DNA of 64,000 bases from Acidimicrobiales bacterium (GCA_965237375.1 CBDEFI010000002.1:197499-261498), one strand, 5' to 3'. Counted from the first letter of the stretch, positions 18,162 through 27,551 are shown. Translations and numbers: made by a program. Notes: generated by a model from the letters alone, not told the origin.

Positions 18162-19123
18162 GACAGCCCGGCCAGCAGGGCGGTCATGTCCGGGGGCAGG
18201 GAAGCTTCGAAGAGCATCGCGCTGCCCGTGTCGGGGTGGCGGAAGCCCAGCCGCGCCGCGTGCAGGGCGGGGCGCCGGAACGATGCCGGACCGTCCGTCG
18301 CCCCAGCCGGATCGGTCATCTGCCCGTCACCGGTCGCCGCGCGGGTTCCGTAGACACCGTCACCCACCACCGGATGGCCGATGGCGGACAGGTGCACCCT
18401 GATCTGGTGGGTACGACCGGTCTCCAGGCGGCACCACAAGTAAGTCACCGGCGTCGGAGAGCGATAGCGCTGCTGCACCTCGTACGCGGTCCGGGCCGGA
18501 CGTCCCCGCTCGGTTACCGCCATCTGCGTCGGCCGGCGCCCCGAGCGGCCGACGGGTGCGTCGATCACCCCCCGGTCATCATCCAGCGCTCCCCAACAGA
18601 GGGCCTCGTAGCGGCGTTCGACGGTCCGCGCGGCCAGTTGCCCGACGAGCGACTCGTAGGCCATGGCCGTGCGCGCCGTCACCAGCAGGCCGCTGGTGCC
18701 CGCGTCGAGGCGGTGCACGATGCCGGGCCGGGTGCGTTCGCCCACCTCGGCCATTTCCGGGTAGCGCGCCAACAGCCCGGCGCAGAGAGTGCCGCTTGTC
18801 CGCCCGGCGCCGGGGTGCACCACCAGTCCCGCCGGCTTGTCCACGACAACCAGATGGGGATCCTCGTGGACCACCACGATGTCCGTACCCGCCTCGGGGT
18901 GCGGCTCGGCTGCCCGGCGACGCTGACCCAGCGCGCCGGCTGCCACAGCCAACTCGTCGCCCGCCGCGATCCGGGCAGAACGTTCGGTGGACACGGCGCC
19001 GTTCAGGCGCACCGCACCGGCCGACACGAGCGCGGCGGCCTCGGCGCGGCTGCACTGCCACAGCAGGGACACGGCACGGTCCAGACGTTCGCCGGCCAGG
19101 GCCGCCGGGACGGGCTCGTTCAT
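18158..19123 (-). CDS. rluD: RluA-family 23S rRNA pseudouridine synthase
   Basis: ATG at 19123 overlaps the lspA stop (ATGA). It has an S4-like N-terminus and the catalytic HRLDAGTSGLLV motif. Confidence 0.9.
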   Translation of the reverse strand: MNEPVPAALAGERLDRAVSLLWQCSRAEAAALVSAGAVRLNGAVSTERSARIAAGDELAVAAGALGQRRRAAEPHPEAGTDIVVVHEDPHLVVVDKPAGLVVHPGAGRTSGTLCAGLLARYPEMAEVGERTRPGIVHRLDAGTSGLLVTARTAMAYESLVGQLAARTVERRYEALCWGALDDDRGVIDAPVGRSGRRPTQMAVTERGRPARTAYEVQQRYRSPTPVTYLWCRLETGRTHQIRVHLSAIGHPVVGDGVYGTRAATGDGQMTDPAGATDGPASFRRPALHAARLGFRHPDTGSAMLFEASLPPDMTALLAGLS

Positions 19124-19743
19124 GGCGTCTCGAGCGGCGGGTTCTCGGGCTGCGGCTGCGGGTTCTCCGGCTGCGGCTGCGGGTTCTCCGGCTGCGGGTC
19201 CTCGAGTTTCCGGTCCTCGAGTGGCGCGTCGTCGGGCGGCGGATCGCCGGTTCGGGAGGACCACAGCAGGACGGCAGCGAAGATCACCACCCCGACGGAA
19301 ATGGCGGCGTCGGCCACGTTGAAGACCGGCCACCATTGCGGGTCGACGAAGTCCACCACGCTGCCGCCGAAGAAGCCGTCGCCTCTGAAGGCGCGGTCGC
19401 CGAGGTTGCCGAGAGCACCACCGAGCACCAGCCCGGCGAGAGCGGCCACTCCCCTGCTGGTCGTGGACCAGGTGGCCGCGATCAGCAGCAGCGACACCAC
19501 GACCGCGGCCACAGTGATCAGCGGTGCCAGCGATGGGCCCAACCCGAAGGCCGTGCCCTGGTTGAAGATCAACCGCAGCCGGATCGTCCAGAAGAGCCCG
19601 ATGGTGCGGTCGTCGAGCGTCCGCAGTGCCCAGAGCTTGGTGAGCTGATCGGCCAGCAGCACCCCGGCGGCGACTGCGAGGAGCAGGAGGCGGTTGCCCC
19701 GCACGCGGCCTGGTGTGCGCCGCTCAGCGTCGTCCGAGGCCAC
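19120..19743 (-). CDS. lspA: lipoprotein signal peptidase II with a Pro/Glu-rich repeat tail
   Basis: NQGTAFG and VVDFVDPQWWPVFNVAD are LspA catalytic-Asp motifs. Candidate GTG starts are at 19743 and 19704. Confidence 0.85.
   Translation of the reverse strand: MASDDAERRTPGRVRGNRLLLLAVAAGVLLADQLTKLWALRTLDDRTIGLFWTIRLRLIFNQGTAFGLGPSLAPLITVAAVVVSLLLIAATWSTTSRGVAALAGLVLGGALGNLGDRAFRGDGFFGGSVVDFVDPQWWPVFNVADAAISVGVVIFAAVLLWSSRTGDPPPDDAPLEDRKLEDPQPENPQPQPENPQPQPENPPLETP
19139..19200 (-). repeat. 21-bp tandem repeat (about 2.7 units) encoding the PQPENPQ tail of LspA
   Basis: gggttctc(g/c)ggctgcggctgc is repeated on the plus strand. On the minus strand it translates to PQPENPQPQPENPQPQPENP. Confidence 0.75.
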
Positions 19744-20152
19744 CGGCCTTGTACTCGACCCGCTCCGCCGCCCACGGTATGGCGCGCAGGCGTTCCTTCT
19801 GGATGGGCTTTCCCGACACCACGCAAACGCCGTAGGTGCCGTTGTCGATACGCCGCAGCGCTGCGTCGATGAGGTCGACGGCGGCGCGGGCCGCGGCGCT
19901 GAGAGCCAGGTCGCGTTCGCGCTCCACGGCCCAACTGTCTCCCTCGCCGGACTCCTCGTCGAACTGCAGGTCTCCTGGCTCGCGGTCATCGAGCAGGGCT
20001 GCGGCCTCGGCGGCCATGTTTTCCGCCGACTGGACGTACTTGGCCCGCTCGGCGAGCAGTTTCTCGCGCTGCTCGACCAGGAAGGCATCATCGAGACGCC
20101 GTTCCGACGGCGCGGCGTCCACTCTCTTGGAGGACTCTCCGGGTGGGGCCAC
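19724..20152 (-). CDS. TraR/DksA-family protein with a degenerate zinc finger
   Basis: GTG at 20152 is in frame. A coiled-coil region is followed by NGTYGVCVVSGKPIQKERLRAIPWAAERVEYK, which aligns with the family GTYG.C..CG..I...R....PWA..C..C but keeps only one of the four Cys. Its position between ileS and lspA is as in other actinobacteria. Confidence 0.7.
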   Translation of the reverse strand: MAPPGESSKRVDAAPSERRLDDAFLVEQREKLLAERAKYVQSAENMAAEAAALLDDREPGDLQFDEESGEGDSWAVERERDLALSAAARAAVDLIDAALRRIDNGTYGVCVVSGKPIQKERLRAIPWAAERVEYKAGGLGRR

Positions 20153-20354
20153 TGGATTCTCCTGCCGTGGGGCACACGGGCGCGCTACAGGTGCGCCGGG
20201 TAGCGAACCGAGGGGCAATTGTAGCGTCGCCCCCGCCGCCGACCGCGAAATCTCGCTCCTCACCCCCCGGGTTGGAGCCACCTGAGGGTCACCGCGGAGG
20301 CGACGGGAGCAGAACCGGCGCGGGGTATAGATCGTTCGGCGGTATTTTGACGCC

Positions 20355-23300
20355 ATGAGCGACCCCCCGGCCCGCTATCCCGACGTCGACTCGAAGCCGG
20401 ACTTCGCAGCCGTCGAGTCCGAGATCCTTGCCTGGTGGGAGTCGGTGGGGGCCTTCGAGGCATCGGTGCAGGCCCGGCCCGCGGGCCAGGGTGGTGCCAA
20501 CGAGTACGTCTTCTACGACGGTCCTCCTTTCGCCAACGGGCTCCCCCACACCGGCAACCTGCTCACGGGATACGTGAAGGACGTGATCCCCCGCTACCGG
20601 ACCATGCGGGGACGTCGAGTGGAGCGGCGCTTCGGCTGGGACTGCCACGGCCTGCCTCCGGAGATGGAGGCCGAGAAGGAACTCGGGGTGGCCGGCCGGC
20701 GGGCCATCACCGAGTACGGCATCGACCGCTTCAACGCGCACTGCCGGCAATCGGTGATGCGCTACACCGACGAGTGGCAGCGCTACGTGAACCGCCAGGC
20801 CCGCTGGGTGGACTTCGAGAACGACTACAAGACCATGGACCTCCCGTTCATGGAGAGTGTTCTCTGGGCCTTCAAGCGACTCTGGGAGAAGGATCTCGTC
20901 TACGAGGCCTACCGGGTTCTGCCTTACTCCTGGGGGGCCGAGACTCCGCTCTCCAACTTCGAGATCAGGATGGACGACGCCACGCGGCCTCGCACCGATC
21001 CGGCAATCACGGTCGCCTTCCGGCTCCGCCCGGCGCCCGGCGACCCGACGCCGCTGCACCTGTGGGCCTGGACGACCACTCCATGGACGCTGCCGTCCAA
21101 TCTGGCTCTGGCGGTCGACCCCGAGGTGACCTACGCCATCTTCGAGGAGCAGGCCGCCGACGGTCCTCGCCGTCACGTCCTCGCCGCCGCGGCCACCGTG
21201 CGCTACGAGAAGCTCCTGGCCGACGCTCGCCACTGCGGGACCGTGCCCGGTCGCGACCTCGTCGGCCGGTCCTACGAGCCGCTGTTCGACTACTTCGCGC
21301 AGGCCACCGGAGCCTTCCGGGTGCTCGCGGCAGATTTCGTCGAGACCACCGAGGGCACCGGCGTGGTTCACATGGCGCCGGGATTCGGCGAGGACGACCA
21401 GCGGCTCTGTGAAGCGGCGGGGATCGACGTGGTCGTGCCCGTGGATGACACCGGTCGGTTCACCGAGGCGGTCGGCAACTGGGCCGGTGAGAACGTCTTC
21501 GACGCGAACCCGGCCATCATCGCCCATCTCAAGGCCCGCGGGCTGATCGTCCGCCACGACACCTACGTCCACAACTACCCGCACTGCTGGCGCACCGACA
21601 CGCCGGTGATCTACCGGGCGCTCAACTCCTGGTACGTACGGGTGAGCGCCATCCGGGAGCGCATGGTCGAACTGAACCGCGGGATCAACTGGATCCCGGG
21701 TCACGTCCGTGACGGCCGCTTCGGCAACTGGCTGGAAGGTGCCCGCGACTGGTCGATCAGCCGCAATCGGTTCTGGGGTTCACCCGTGCCGGTGTGGCGC
21801 TCGGACGACCCCGCCCGGCCGCGCCTCGACGTCTACGGGAGCCTTGACGAGATCGAGCGGGATTTCGGGGTGCGTCCCGACAACCTGCACCGCCCCTTCG
21901 TGGACACCCTGACGCGACCCAATCCTGATGATCCCAGCGGCCGTTCGACGATGCGGCGGGTGCCGGAGGTACTGGACTGCTGGTTTGAGTCAGGCTCCAT
22001 GCCCTACGCCCAGGTCCACTATCCCTTCGAGAACAAGGAGTGGTTCGAGAGCCATTTCCCCGCCGACTTCATCGTGGAGTACGTCAACCAGACCCGCGGT
22101 TGGTTCTACACCCTGCACGTACTGGCAACCGCCCTGTTCGACCGTCCACCCTTCCGTAACGCCCTGTGCCACGGGGTGGTGCTGGCCCACGACGGCGCGA
22201 AGCTCTCCAAGCGGCTGCGCAACTACACCGACCCGGAGGTGACCTTCTCCCAGCAGGGGGCCGACGCCCTGCGCTGGTACCTGATGGCCTCGCCCGTACT
22301 GCGCGGTGGCGATCTGCGCATCAGCGACGAGGGTATCGACACCGTCGTGCGCGGTGTACTGCGTCCGCTGTGGAACGCCTACGTCTTCTTCACCATGTAC
22401 GCCAACGCCGACGACTCCCGGGGGCACGTCAATGCCGGCTCGGCTGACGTTCTGGACCGCTACGTCCTGGCCAAGACCCGCGATCTGGTTCTGAGCGTTG
22501 CCGAACGCCTCGACGCCTACGACGTGCCCGGCGCCTGTGCGGAGGTGGAAGGATTCCTGGGAACGGTCAACAACTGGTACATCCGCCGCAGCCGGGATCG
22601 CTTCTGGGCGCCGGCCACCCAAGCGGATCCCTCAGACAAGCAGGCCGCCTACGACACGCTGTACACAGTGCTGACGACCTTGGTCAAGGTGGCGGCACCG
22701 CTGCTGCCGCTGATCTGCGAGGCCATCCACCGCGGCCTCGGCGGCGAGAGCAGCGTGCACCACTGCGACTGGCCCGACGCCTCCACGCTGCCCGCCGACG
22801 ACGAACTCGTGGCGGTCATGGATCGGGCACGCGAGGTGTGCTCGGCAGCGCTCAGCGTCCGGGTGGCGAACGGTCTGCCGGCGCGCCAGCCCCTCCGCTC
22901 GGCCACCGTGGCCGGGCGCGGCGCCGAAACGCTGGCCCCTTTCGCCGATCTCATCGCCGCGGAGGTGAACGTCAAGACGGTGTTCCTCACCAGCGAGCCG
23001 GATGCCGGCATCCGTTTCGTGCTGCGGCCCCGGGGCGAGGTGCTCGGTCCGGTACTAGGGAAGGCAACGCAGGGTGTGATGGCCGCAGCCCGAGCCGGCG
23101 ACTGGACCCGCACCGACGACGGCACGGTGGTCGCGGCCGGTGAGCATCTGACCGCGGATCAGTACGAACTGGTGCTGGAGACCTCCGCCGACCGCCCCAG
23201 CGCGGCGCTGCGTAGTGCCGACATTGTCGTGACACTCGACGTGGAGTTGAACGCCGAGTTGCGTGCCGAGGGTGCTGCCCGGCACCTCGTACGGGTGCTG

Positions 23301-23525
23301 CAGCAGGGGCGTCGCGACCGCGGCCTGCACGTGGCCGACCGGATCGAGTTGACGTTGGACATGCCACCGGAACTGGCCGCGGCCGTGGCGCCCCACGAGC
23401 AGTACGTGGCCGAGCAGGTGCTGGCCGTGGCGGTGCGCCACGAAGATCTGCGTCGCCGTGACGGTGCAGGTTCAGGAACCGTTGACGGCCGGGACGTGCG
23501 CTTCGAGATCAGTCTGGCCCGCTGA
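20355..23525 (+). CDS. ileS: isoleucyl-tRNA synthetase (type 2)
   Basis: 1056 aa with a HIGH-type motif PHTGNLLTG, a KMSKS-type motif GAKLSKRLRN and a CP1 editing region. Confidence 0.97.
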   Translation: MSDPPARYPDVDSKPDFAAVESEILAWWESVGAFEASVQARPAGQGGANEYVFYDGPPFANGLPHTGNLLTGYVKDVIPRYRTMRGRRVERRFGWDCHGLPPEMEAEKELGVAGRRAITEYGIDRFNAHCRQSVMRYTDEWQRYVNRQARWVDFENDYKTMDLPFMESVLWAFKRLWEKDLVYEAYRVLPYSWGAETPLSNFEIRMDDATRPRTDPAITVAFRLRPAPGDPTPLHLWAWTTTPWTLPSNLALAVDPEVTYAIFEEQAADGPRRHVLAAAATVRYEKLLADARHCGTVPGRDLVGRSYEPLFDYFAQATGAFRVLAADFVETTEGTGVVHMAPGFGEDDQRLCEAAGIDVVVPVDDTGRFTEAVGNWAGENVFDANPAIIAHLKARGLIVRHDTYVHNYPHCWRTDTPVIYRALNSWYVRVSAIRERMVELNRGINWIPGHVRDGRFGNWLEGARDWSISRNRFWGSPVPVWRSDDPARPRLDVYGSLDEIERDFGVRPDNLHRPFVDTLTRPNPDDPSGRSTMRRVPEVLDCWFESGSMPYAQVHYPFENKEWFESHFPADFIVEYVNQTRGWFYTLHVLATALFDRPPFRNALCHGVVLAHDGAKLSKRLRNYTDPEVTFSQQGADALRWYLMASPVLRGGDLRISDEGIDTVVRGVLRPLWNAYVFFTMYANADDSRGHVNAGSADVLDRYVLAKTRDLVLSVAERLDAYDVPGACAEVEGFLGTVNNWYIRRSRDRFWAPATQADPSDKQAAYDTLYTVLTTLVKVAAPLLPLICEAIHRGLGGESSVHHCDWPDASTLPADDELVAVMDRAREVCSAALSVRVANGLPARQPLRSATVAGRGAETLAPFADLIAAEVNVKTVFLTSEPDAGIRFVLRPRGEVLGPVLGKATQGVMAAARAGDWTRTDDGTVVAAGEHLTADQYELVLETSADRPSAALRSADIVVTLDVELNAELRAEGAARHLVRVLQQGRRDRGLHVADRIELTLDMPPELAAAVAPHEQYVAEQVLAVAVRHEDLRRRDGAGSGTVDGRDVRFEISLAR

Positions 23526-24123
23526 GACCTTCCAGGGTGCGAATCGAGCGCCGCCGGCGCGACCCGTCGGGCGACTCGGAGGCGTCGAGTTCGGCACCGG
23601 CCTGCTCCAGCCGGGACAGGAAAGTGTCCGGAGCCCCGTCCTCGCCGGCCTCTCCGGGGTCGCCCGGTTCGGGATCGGCCTCGTCGGAGTCGGGAGCTTC
23701 GGAGCCGGGATCTTCGGGGTCGCCGGTGTCTCCGTTCTCGCCATCCGGAGTGCCCGCGTCCTCCGCAGATGGCTCGGCAGCGACCGCACCTGCCCGAAGG
23801 GCGTCGTCGATCAGGGCAATCTCGGCGACGGCCTCCTTGCGGCGCTGATACAGGAGATCCAGAAGTTCCGCCACGGCTTCCTCGAGAGAATCCTGCTGCC
23901 CACGGAGTTCCTCGATGGCGGCGAGACTCTCACGGCGAACCTGCTCGATGGCCAGGCGGGCCTGGGCTGCGGCGGCCTCCGCCATCTCGCTGCTGCTCTC
24001 TGCAATCAGAGCCTCGAGTGCGTCGGCCACCTCGTTCAAGTAGGAGTCGACCTCCGCGGCGTCGTACCCGCGGAACCGTTCGGTGAACTGCGCCTCGCGC
24101 AGCGCCTCGGGAGACAGTTCCAT
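23509..24123 (-). CDS. divIVA: DivIVA-domain protein (Wag31-like)
   Basis: ATG at 24123. LSPEALREAQFTERFRGYDAAEVDSYLNEV is the DivIVA N-terminal lipid-binding domain, followed by a coiled coil and an acidic tail. The 3' end overlaps the ileS 3' end by 17 nt. Confidence 0.85.
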   Translation of the reverse strand: MELSPEALREAQFTERFRGYDAAEVDSYLNEVADALEALIAESSSEMAEAAAAQARLAIEQVRRESLAAIEELRGQQDSLEEAVAELLDLLYQRRKEAVAEIALIDDALRAGAVAAEPSAEDAGTPDGENGDTGDPEDPGSEAPDSDEADPEPGDPGEAGEDGAPDTFLSRLEQAGAELDASESPDGSRRRRSIRTLEGLSGPD

Positions 24124-24186
24124 GCCCGCAACCGTAGTGTTCACTGCGACGCCGAGGGGAACCTCCGCCGGCGGCTCCGTGCGGGT

Positions 24187-24441
24187 TCAGCAGACGCGGC
24201 TACGCACCAGGAGCAGGGCCAGCATCACGATCGTCGGCGCAAAGTCCAGTGCCACGGCCCCTACCCGCAGCGGTCGCAGCAGCCGTCGCAACGGCCGCAC
24301 GAGGGGGTCGGTGACCATCATCAGCCCGCCGGCGATCGTAGCCACCGCCCCGTTGCGACGAGCGACCGGGAACCAACTCAGGATGGCGCGCAGCAGGAAA
24401 GCCAGGAAGTAACCCAGCAGGAGCCAGCAGACGACGACCAC
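24187..24441 (-). CDS. yggT: YggT-family membrane protein
   Basis: 84 aa with two TM helices. LRAILSWFP...DPLVRPLRRLLP matches the YggT pattern, and its position between sepF and divIVA is conserved. Confidence 0.8.
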   Translation of the reverse strand: MVVVCWLLLGYFLAFLLRAILSWFPVARRNGAVATIAGGLMMVTDPLVRPLRRLLRPLRVGAVALDFAPTIVMLALLLVRSRVC

Positions 24442-24462
24442 GGGACTGCTGCCGGCAGAGGG

Positions 24463-24996
24463 TCAGGACTCCGAGGAGAAGGTCCGCTCCTCGAGGGCGA
24501 CACGCACATCGCTGGGAGTGAGCAGGTAGACCCCGCGGGTTACCCGCTCGACTTGCCCGTCGAGGGCGTAGCACAAGCCGCTGGCGAAGTCCACGAGTCG
24601 ACGCCGCAGATCGCCGTCGGCGTCCTGCAGGTTCACGATCACCGGTTGACGTTGCTTGAACTGGTCGCCGATCTCCTGTGCCTCGTCGAAGACGGCGGGG
24701 CACACGACGATGGGACGGACCGCACCACCTGACGGGCGGGGCCGCACCGGCGCGGAGCCACCCAACGGTTGAGCCGTCACGAGATCGGGAGGATCGAGAG
24801 GAGTGAGCGGGGAGGGCTCGGGCATCATCATCGGTTCCACGGGGGCCGGAGCCAGGTACCTGTCGCCCATTGGGGCGACGGCATAGGGGTCGGCAGTCGA
24901 GGGTGCCCGCGGCGGTCCGCCCACGTGGCCGGCATAGGGCTCGCTCTCGTCGGGTCCAAGGCCCAACCAGTTGACGAACGTCTTCAAGGCCGCCAT
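24463..24996 (-). CDS. sepF: cell division protein SepF
   Basis: N-terminal amphipathic MAALKTFVNWLGL, and a C-terminal core FDEAQEIGDQFKQRQPVIVNL...RRLVDFASGLCYALDG. GGAGGAG lies upstream of the ATG. Confidence 0.9.
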   Translation of the reverse strand: MAALKTFVNWLGLGPDESEPYAGHVGGPPRAPSTADPYAVAPMGDRYLAPAPVEPMMMPEPSPLTPLDPPDLVTAQPLGGSAPVRPRPSGGAVRPIVVCPAVFDEAQEIGDQFKQRQPVIVNLQDADGDLRRRLVDFASGLCYALDGQVERVTRGVYLLTPSDVRVALEERTFSSES

Positions 24997-25138
24997 GCCT
25001 TCTCCTCCGAACTGGCGCTCACGGACAACCCGGAATCCACCACAAACCCCTCAAGGGTTTGCAGCGGACTCATCAGTGCGTCCCTGGCGCTTCTAGTTTT
25101 ACACCATTGTAGTCGCGCCGTGTTCCGGCGTCGGGCGA

Positions 25139-25795
25139 TCACGGCGACTCGAAGAGAGTCCGCCCCAGTCGCAGCAGGGTGGATCCCTCACTGACGGCCA
25201 GGCAGTAGTCGTCGCTGGTCCCCATGCTGCGCACGGCCAGGCCCAGTTCGTCCGCCAGGACCCGCACGGTGCGGAACTGTCGGCGGACCTCCTCGGGGGG
25301 CGCGGGCAGGGCCATCGCCATCAGACCCTCCACGCGCAGGCCCAGGTCGGTCGCCTCCGCCACGAGCCGCCCGGCTTGGGAGGGCTCGCAGCCGCCGCGG
25401 CCGGGTGCCGCCTGTGTCGCCACCTGCACAAGTACCGGAGCCCCGGGGCTGTGGCGCGCAATCTCGACGGCCAGGCGCGGGCGGTCCACGCTCTGCCACA
25501 GCACCACGCGGCCGGCCAGGCGACGGACCTTGTTGGTTTGCAGGTTGCCGATGAAGTGCCAGTGCGCGCCGGACACCTCCGCTGCCTTGGTGGCCAGTTC
25601 CTGGGCGTAGTTCTCACCGAGGTCCGTTAGACCGGCCTGCACCGCGGCTGCGGCCACGAGACTGCTCCGCCCCTTCGTCACGGCCACGATGCGTATCTGC
25701 CCGGGGTCACCGCCGGCGTCGCCGATCCGTTCGCGCACCTCCGTGGCGCGCGCCGCTATCCGGGTGGCGAGCGGGCTCAGCGGTCGCTGATCCAT
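25139..25795 (-). CDS. yggS: YggS-family pyridoxal-phosphate homeostasis protein
   Basis: ATG at 25795. VAVTKGRS carries the PLP lysine, and WHFIGNLQTNKVR is also present. It overlaps the pgeF 3' end. Confidence 0.9.
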   Translation of the reverse strand: MDQRPLSPLATRIAARATEVRERIGDAGGDPGQIRIVAVTKGRSSLVAAAAVQAGLTDLGENYAQELATKAAEVSGAHWHFIGNLQTNKVRRLAGRVVLWQSVDRPRLAVEIARHSPGAPVLVQVATQAAPGRGGCEPSQAGRLVAEATDLGLRVEGLMAMALPAPPEEVRRQFRTVRVLADELGLAVRSMGTSDDYCLAVSEGSTLLRLGRTLFESP

Positions 25796-26451
25796 ACCGC
25801 CAGTATGTGGCGCTGGGCTTCGCCACGCGCCCGGTGCGAGAACCACTTCGCGGCCTCACAGGCCGTACAACCGGCGACATCGGTGATGTCGCTGATGCCA
25901 CTGCGACCGAGCGCTGATCGCACCGCCGCGGGGAGGTCCAACGCAGGGGTGCCCCAGGCCGTGCGTGAACACACGCCGGGGCCCAGTCGCCGGGCCAGAT
26001 CCTCCAGGGCTGATGCCCCGAACTCGTAGCACTCCGGGTGGATACAGGGACCGACGAAAGCGCTGAGCGTCTCTCCGCCGAGGCTGCGCAGCGCGGCCGC
26101 GGCCTCCTCGATCACGCCGGCGGCCACTCCTCGCCAGCCGGCGTGGACGGCCGCCACCGCTCCCTCGCGAGCCACCAGAGCTATCGGCGCGCAGTCGGCC
26201 GTCCGAACACTCAACACCGCGCCGGAGGTCCGTGTCACGGCGGCATCGCCGGCGGTTCGGTCACCGTCGCCGGGCGCCGCCACCGCCACCACTCCGGCGC
26301 CGTGCTGCTGGCGCAGCCGGGTCCAGACTCCCTCGGCCACGACCGTGCGCAACGGCGCTGCGGAAGTGTCGGCAAAGTCTCCCTCGCTGCGGTCGGTGAA
26401 GCGGACCAGCGCCCGCCGTCCGGCGTTCAGATCGAGCGCGAACTCCAGCAA
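25777..26451 (-). CDS. pgeF: YfiH/PgeF-family purine nucleoside phosphorylase / peptidoglycan editing factor
   Basis: TADCAPIAL, VHAGWRGVAAGV and GPCIHPECYEF are the family His/Cys/His motifs. The start codon in the track is TTG and remains uncertain. Confidence 0.85.
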   Translation of the reverse strand: MLEFALDLNAGRRALVRFTDRSEGDFADTSAAPLRTVVAEGVWTRLRQQHGAGVVAVAAPGDGDRTAGDAAVTRTSGAVLSVRTADCAPIALVAREGAVAAVHAGWRGVAAGVIEEAAAALRSLGGETLSAFVGPCIHPECYEFGASALEDLARRLGPGVCSRTAWGTPALDLPAAVRSALGRSGISDITDVAGCTACEAAKWFSHRARGEAQRHILAVWISDR

Positions 26452-26468
26452 GGCCCGGGAGCGCCGCC

Positions 26469-27551
26469 TCAGCGCAGGAAGGAAGGAATATCGAGGTCCA
26501 GATCGCCGGCGTCGTCCTCGGCATCGGCGGCGGGCTCGGCGAACGGGTCGGGGAGGGTGCTGTGCGCCGAGGGCACGCCGGCCTCCGGCCGTGCCGACGA
26601 GTCATCCCAGCGATCGAAGCCCGCGGCGATGACCGTCACCCGCATGGATTCGCCGAGCGAATCGTCGATCACGGTCCCGAAGATGATGTTGGCGTCGTCG
26701 TGGGAGACCGCACCGATGGCCTCCGCCGCGTGCGTCACCTCCATCAACCCCATCTCGGCGTTCCCGGCAATGGTCAGCAACAAGCCGCGGGCGCCTTCGA
26801 TGGAAGCCTCGAGCAGCGGGCTGGAAATGGCCTTGCGCGCCGCGCTGGCGGCCCGATCCTCACCCGACGCCTGGCCCACGCCCATGAGCGCAGACCCTGC
26901 GTCGGAGAGAATGGCACGCACATCGGCGAAGTCCGTGTTGATGAGGCCCGGCGTGGTGATCAGATCGGTGATTCCCTGCACGCCCTGCAACAGGACGTCG
27001 TCGGCCATCTGGAAGGCGCTCAACAGGGTCGTGCCGTCAGACACCTCGCTGAGCAGCCGATCGTTGGGGATGACGATCTGGGTATCGACCTTCTCCCTGA
27101 GCCGCTGGATGCCCTGCTCGGCCTGCACAGCGCGCTTACGGCCCTCAAAGCGGAAGGGGCGCGTCACGACGGCAATCGTCAGGGCGCCCAATTCCCGGGC
27201 GATTTCGGCGACGATCGGAGCGCCGCCCGTTCCGGTGCCACCACCCTCGCCCGCGGTGATGAAGACCATGTCGGCGCCGTCGAGAGCCTCCCGTAGCTGC
27301 TCGGAGCCCGCTGTCGCGGCAGCTTCGCCGATATCGGGATCACTGCCCGCTCCGAGCCCGCGTGTTAGCTCGCGCCCGATGTCGATCTTGATGTCGGCAT
27401 CGCTCATGAGCAACGTCTGCGCATCCGTGTTCACTGCGACGAACTCGACGCCGCGCAAGCCGGCTTCCATCATGCGGTCGATGGCGTTGACGCCACCGCC
27501 GCCGACACCGACGACCTTGATCACTGCCAAGTACTGGTGTGGGGTGTTCAC
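26469..27551 (-). CDS. ftsZ: cell division GTPase FtsZ
   Basis: Tubulin signature AGEGGGTGTGGAPIVAEIA. GTG at 27551 is preceded by GGAGGA and gives VNTPHQYLAVIKVVGVGGGG, matching the usual actinobacterial N-terminus. The track start at 27587 is another GTG. Confidence 0.97.
   Translation of the reverse strand: MNTPHQYLAVIKVVGVGGGGVNAIDRMMEAGLRGVEFVAVNTDAQTLLMSDADIKIDIGRELTRGLGAGSDPDIGEAAATAGSEQLREALDGADMVFITAGEGGGTGTGGAPIVAEIARELGALTIAVVTRPFRFEGRKRAVQAEQGIQRLREKVDTQIVIPNDRLLSEVSDGTTLLSAFQMADDVLLQGVQGITDLITTPGLINTDFADVRAILSDAGSALMGVGQASGEDRAASAARKAISSPLLEASIEGARGLLLTIAGNAEMGLMEVTHAAEAIGAVSHDDANIIFGTVIDDSLGESMRVTVIAAGFDRWDDSSARPEAGVPSAHSTLPDPFAEPAADAEDDAGDLDLDIPSFLR

Noticed and set aside
18987-19322. 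ORFs translating as AAAGSPAAAAGSPAA / GEPAAAAGEPAAAA around 19140-19200
   Set aside because: These are the other frames and the other strand of the 21-bp repeat that encodes the LspA PQPENPQ tail. lspA and rluD account for the region.
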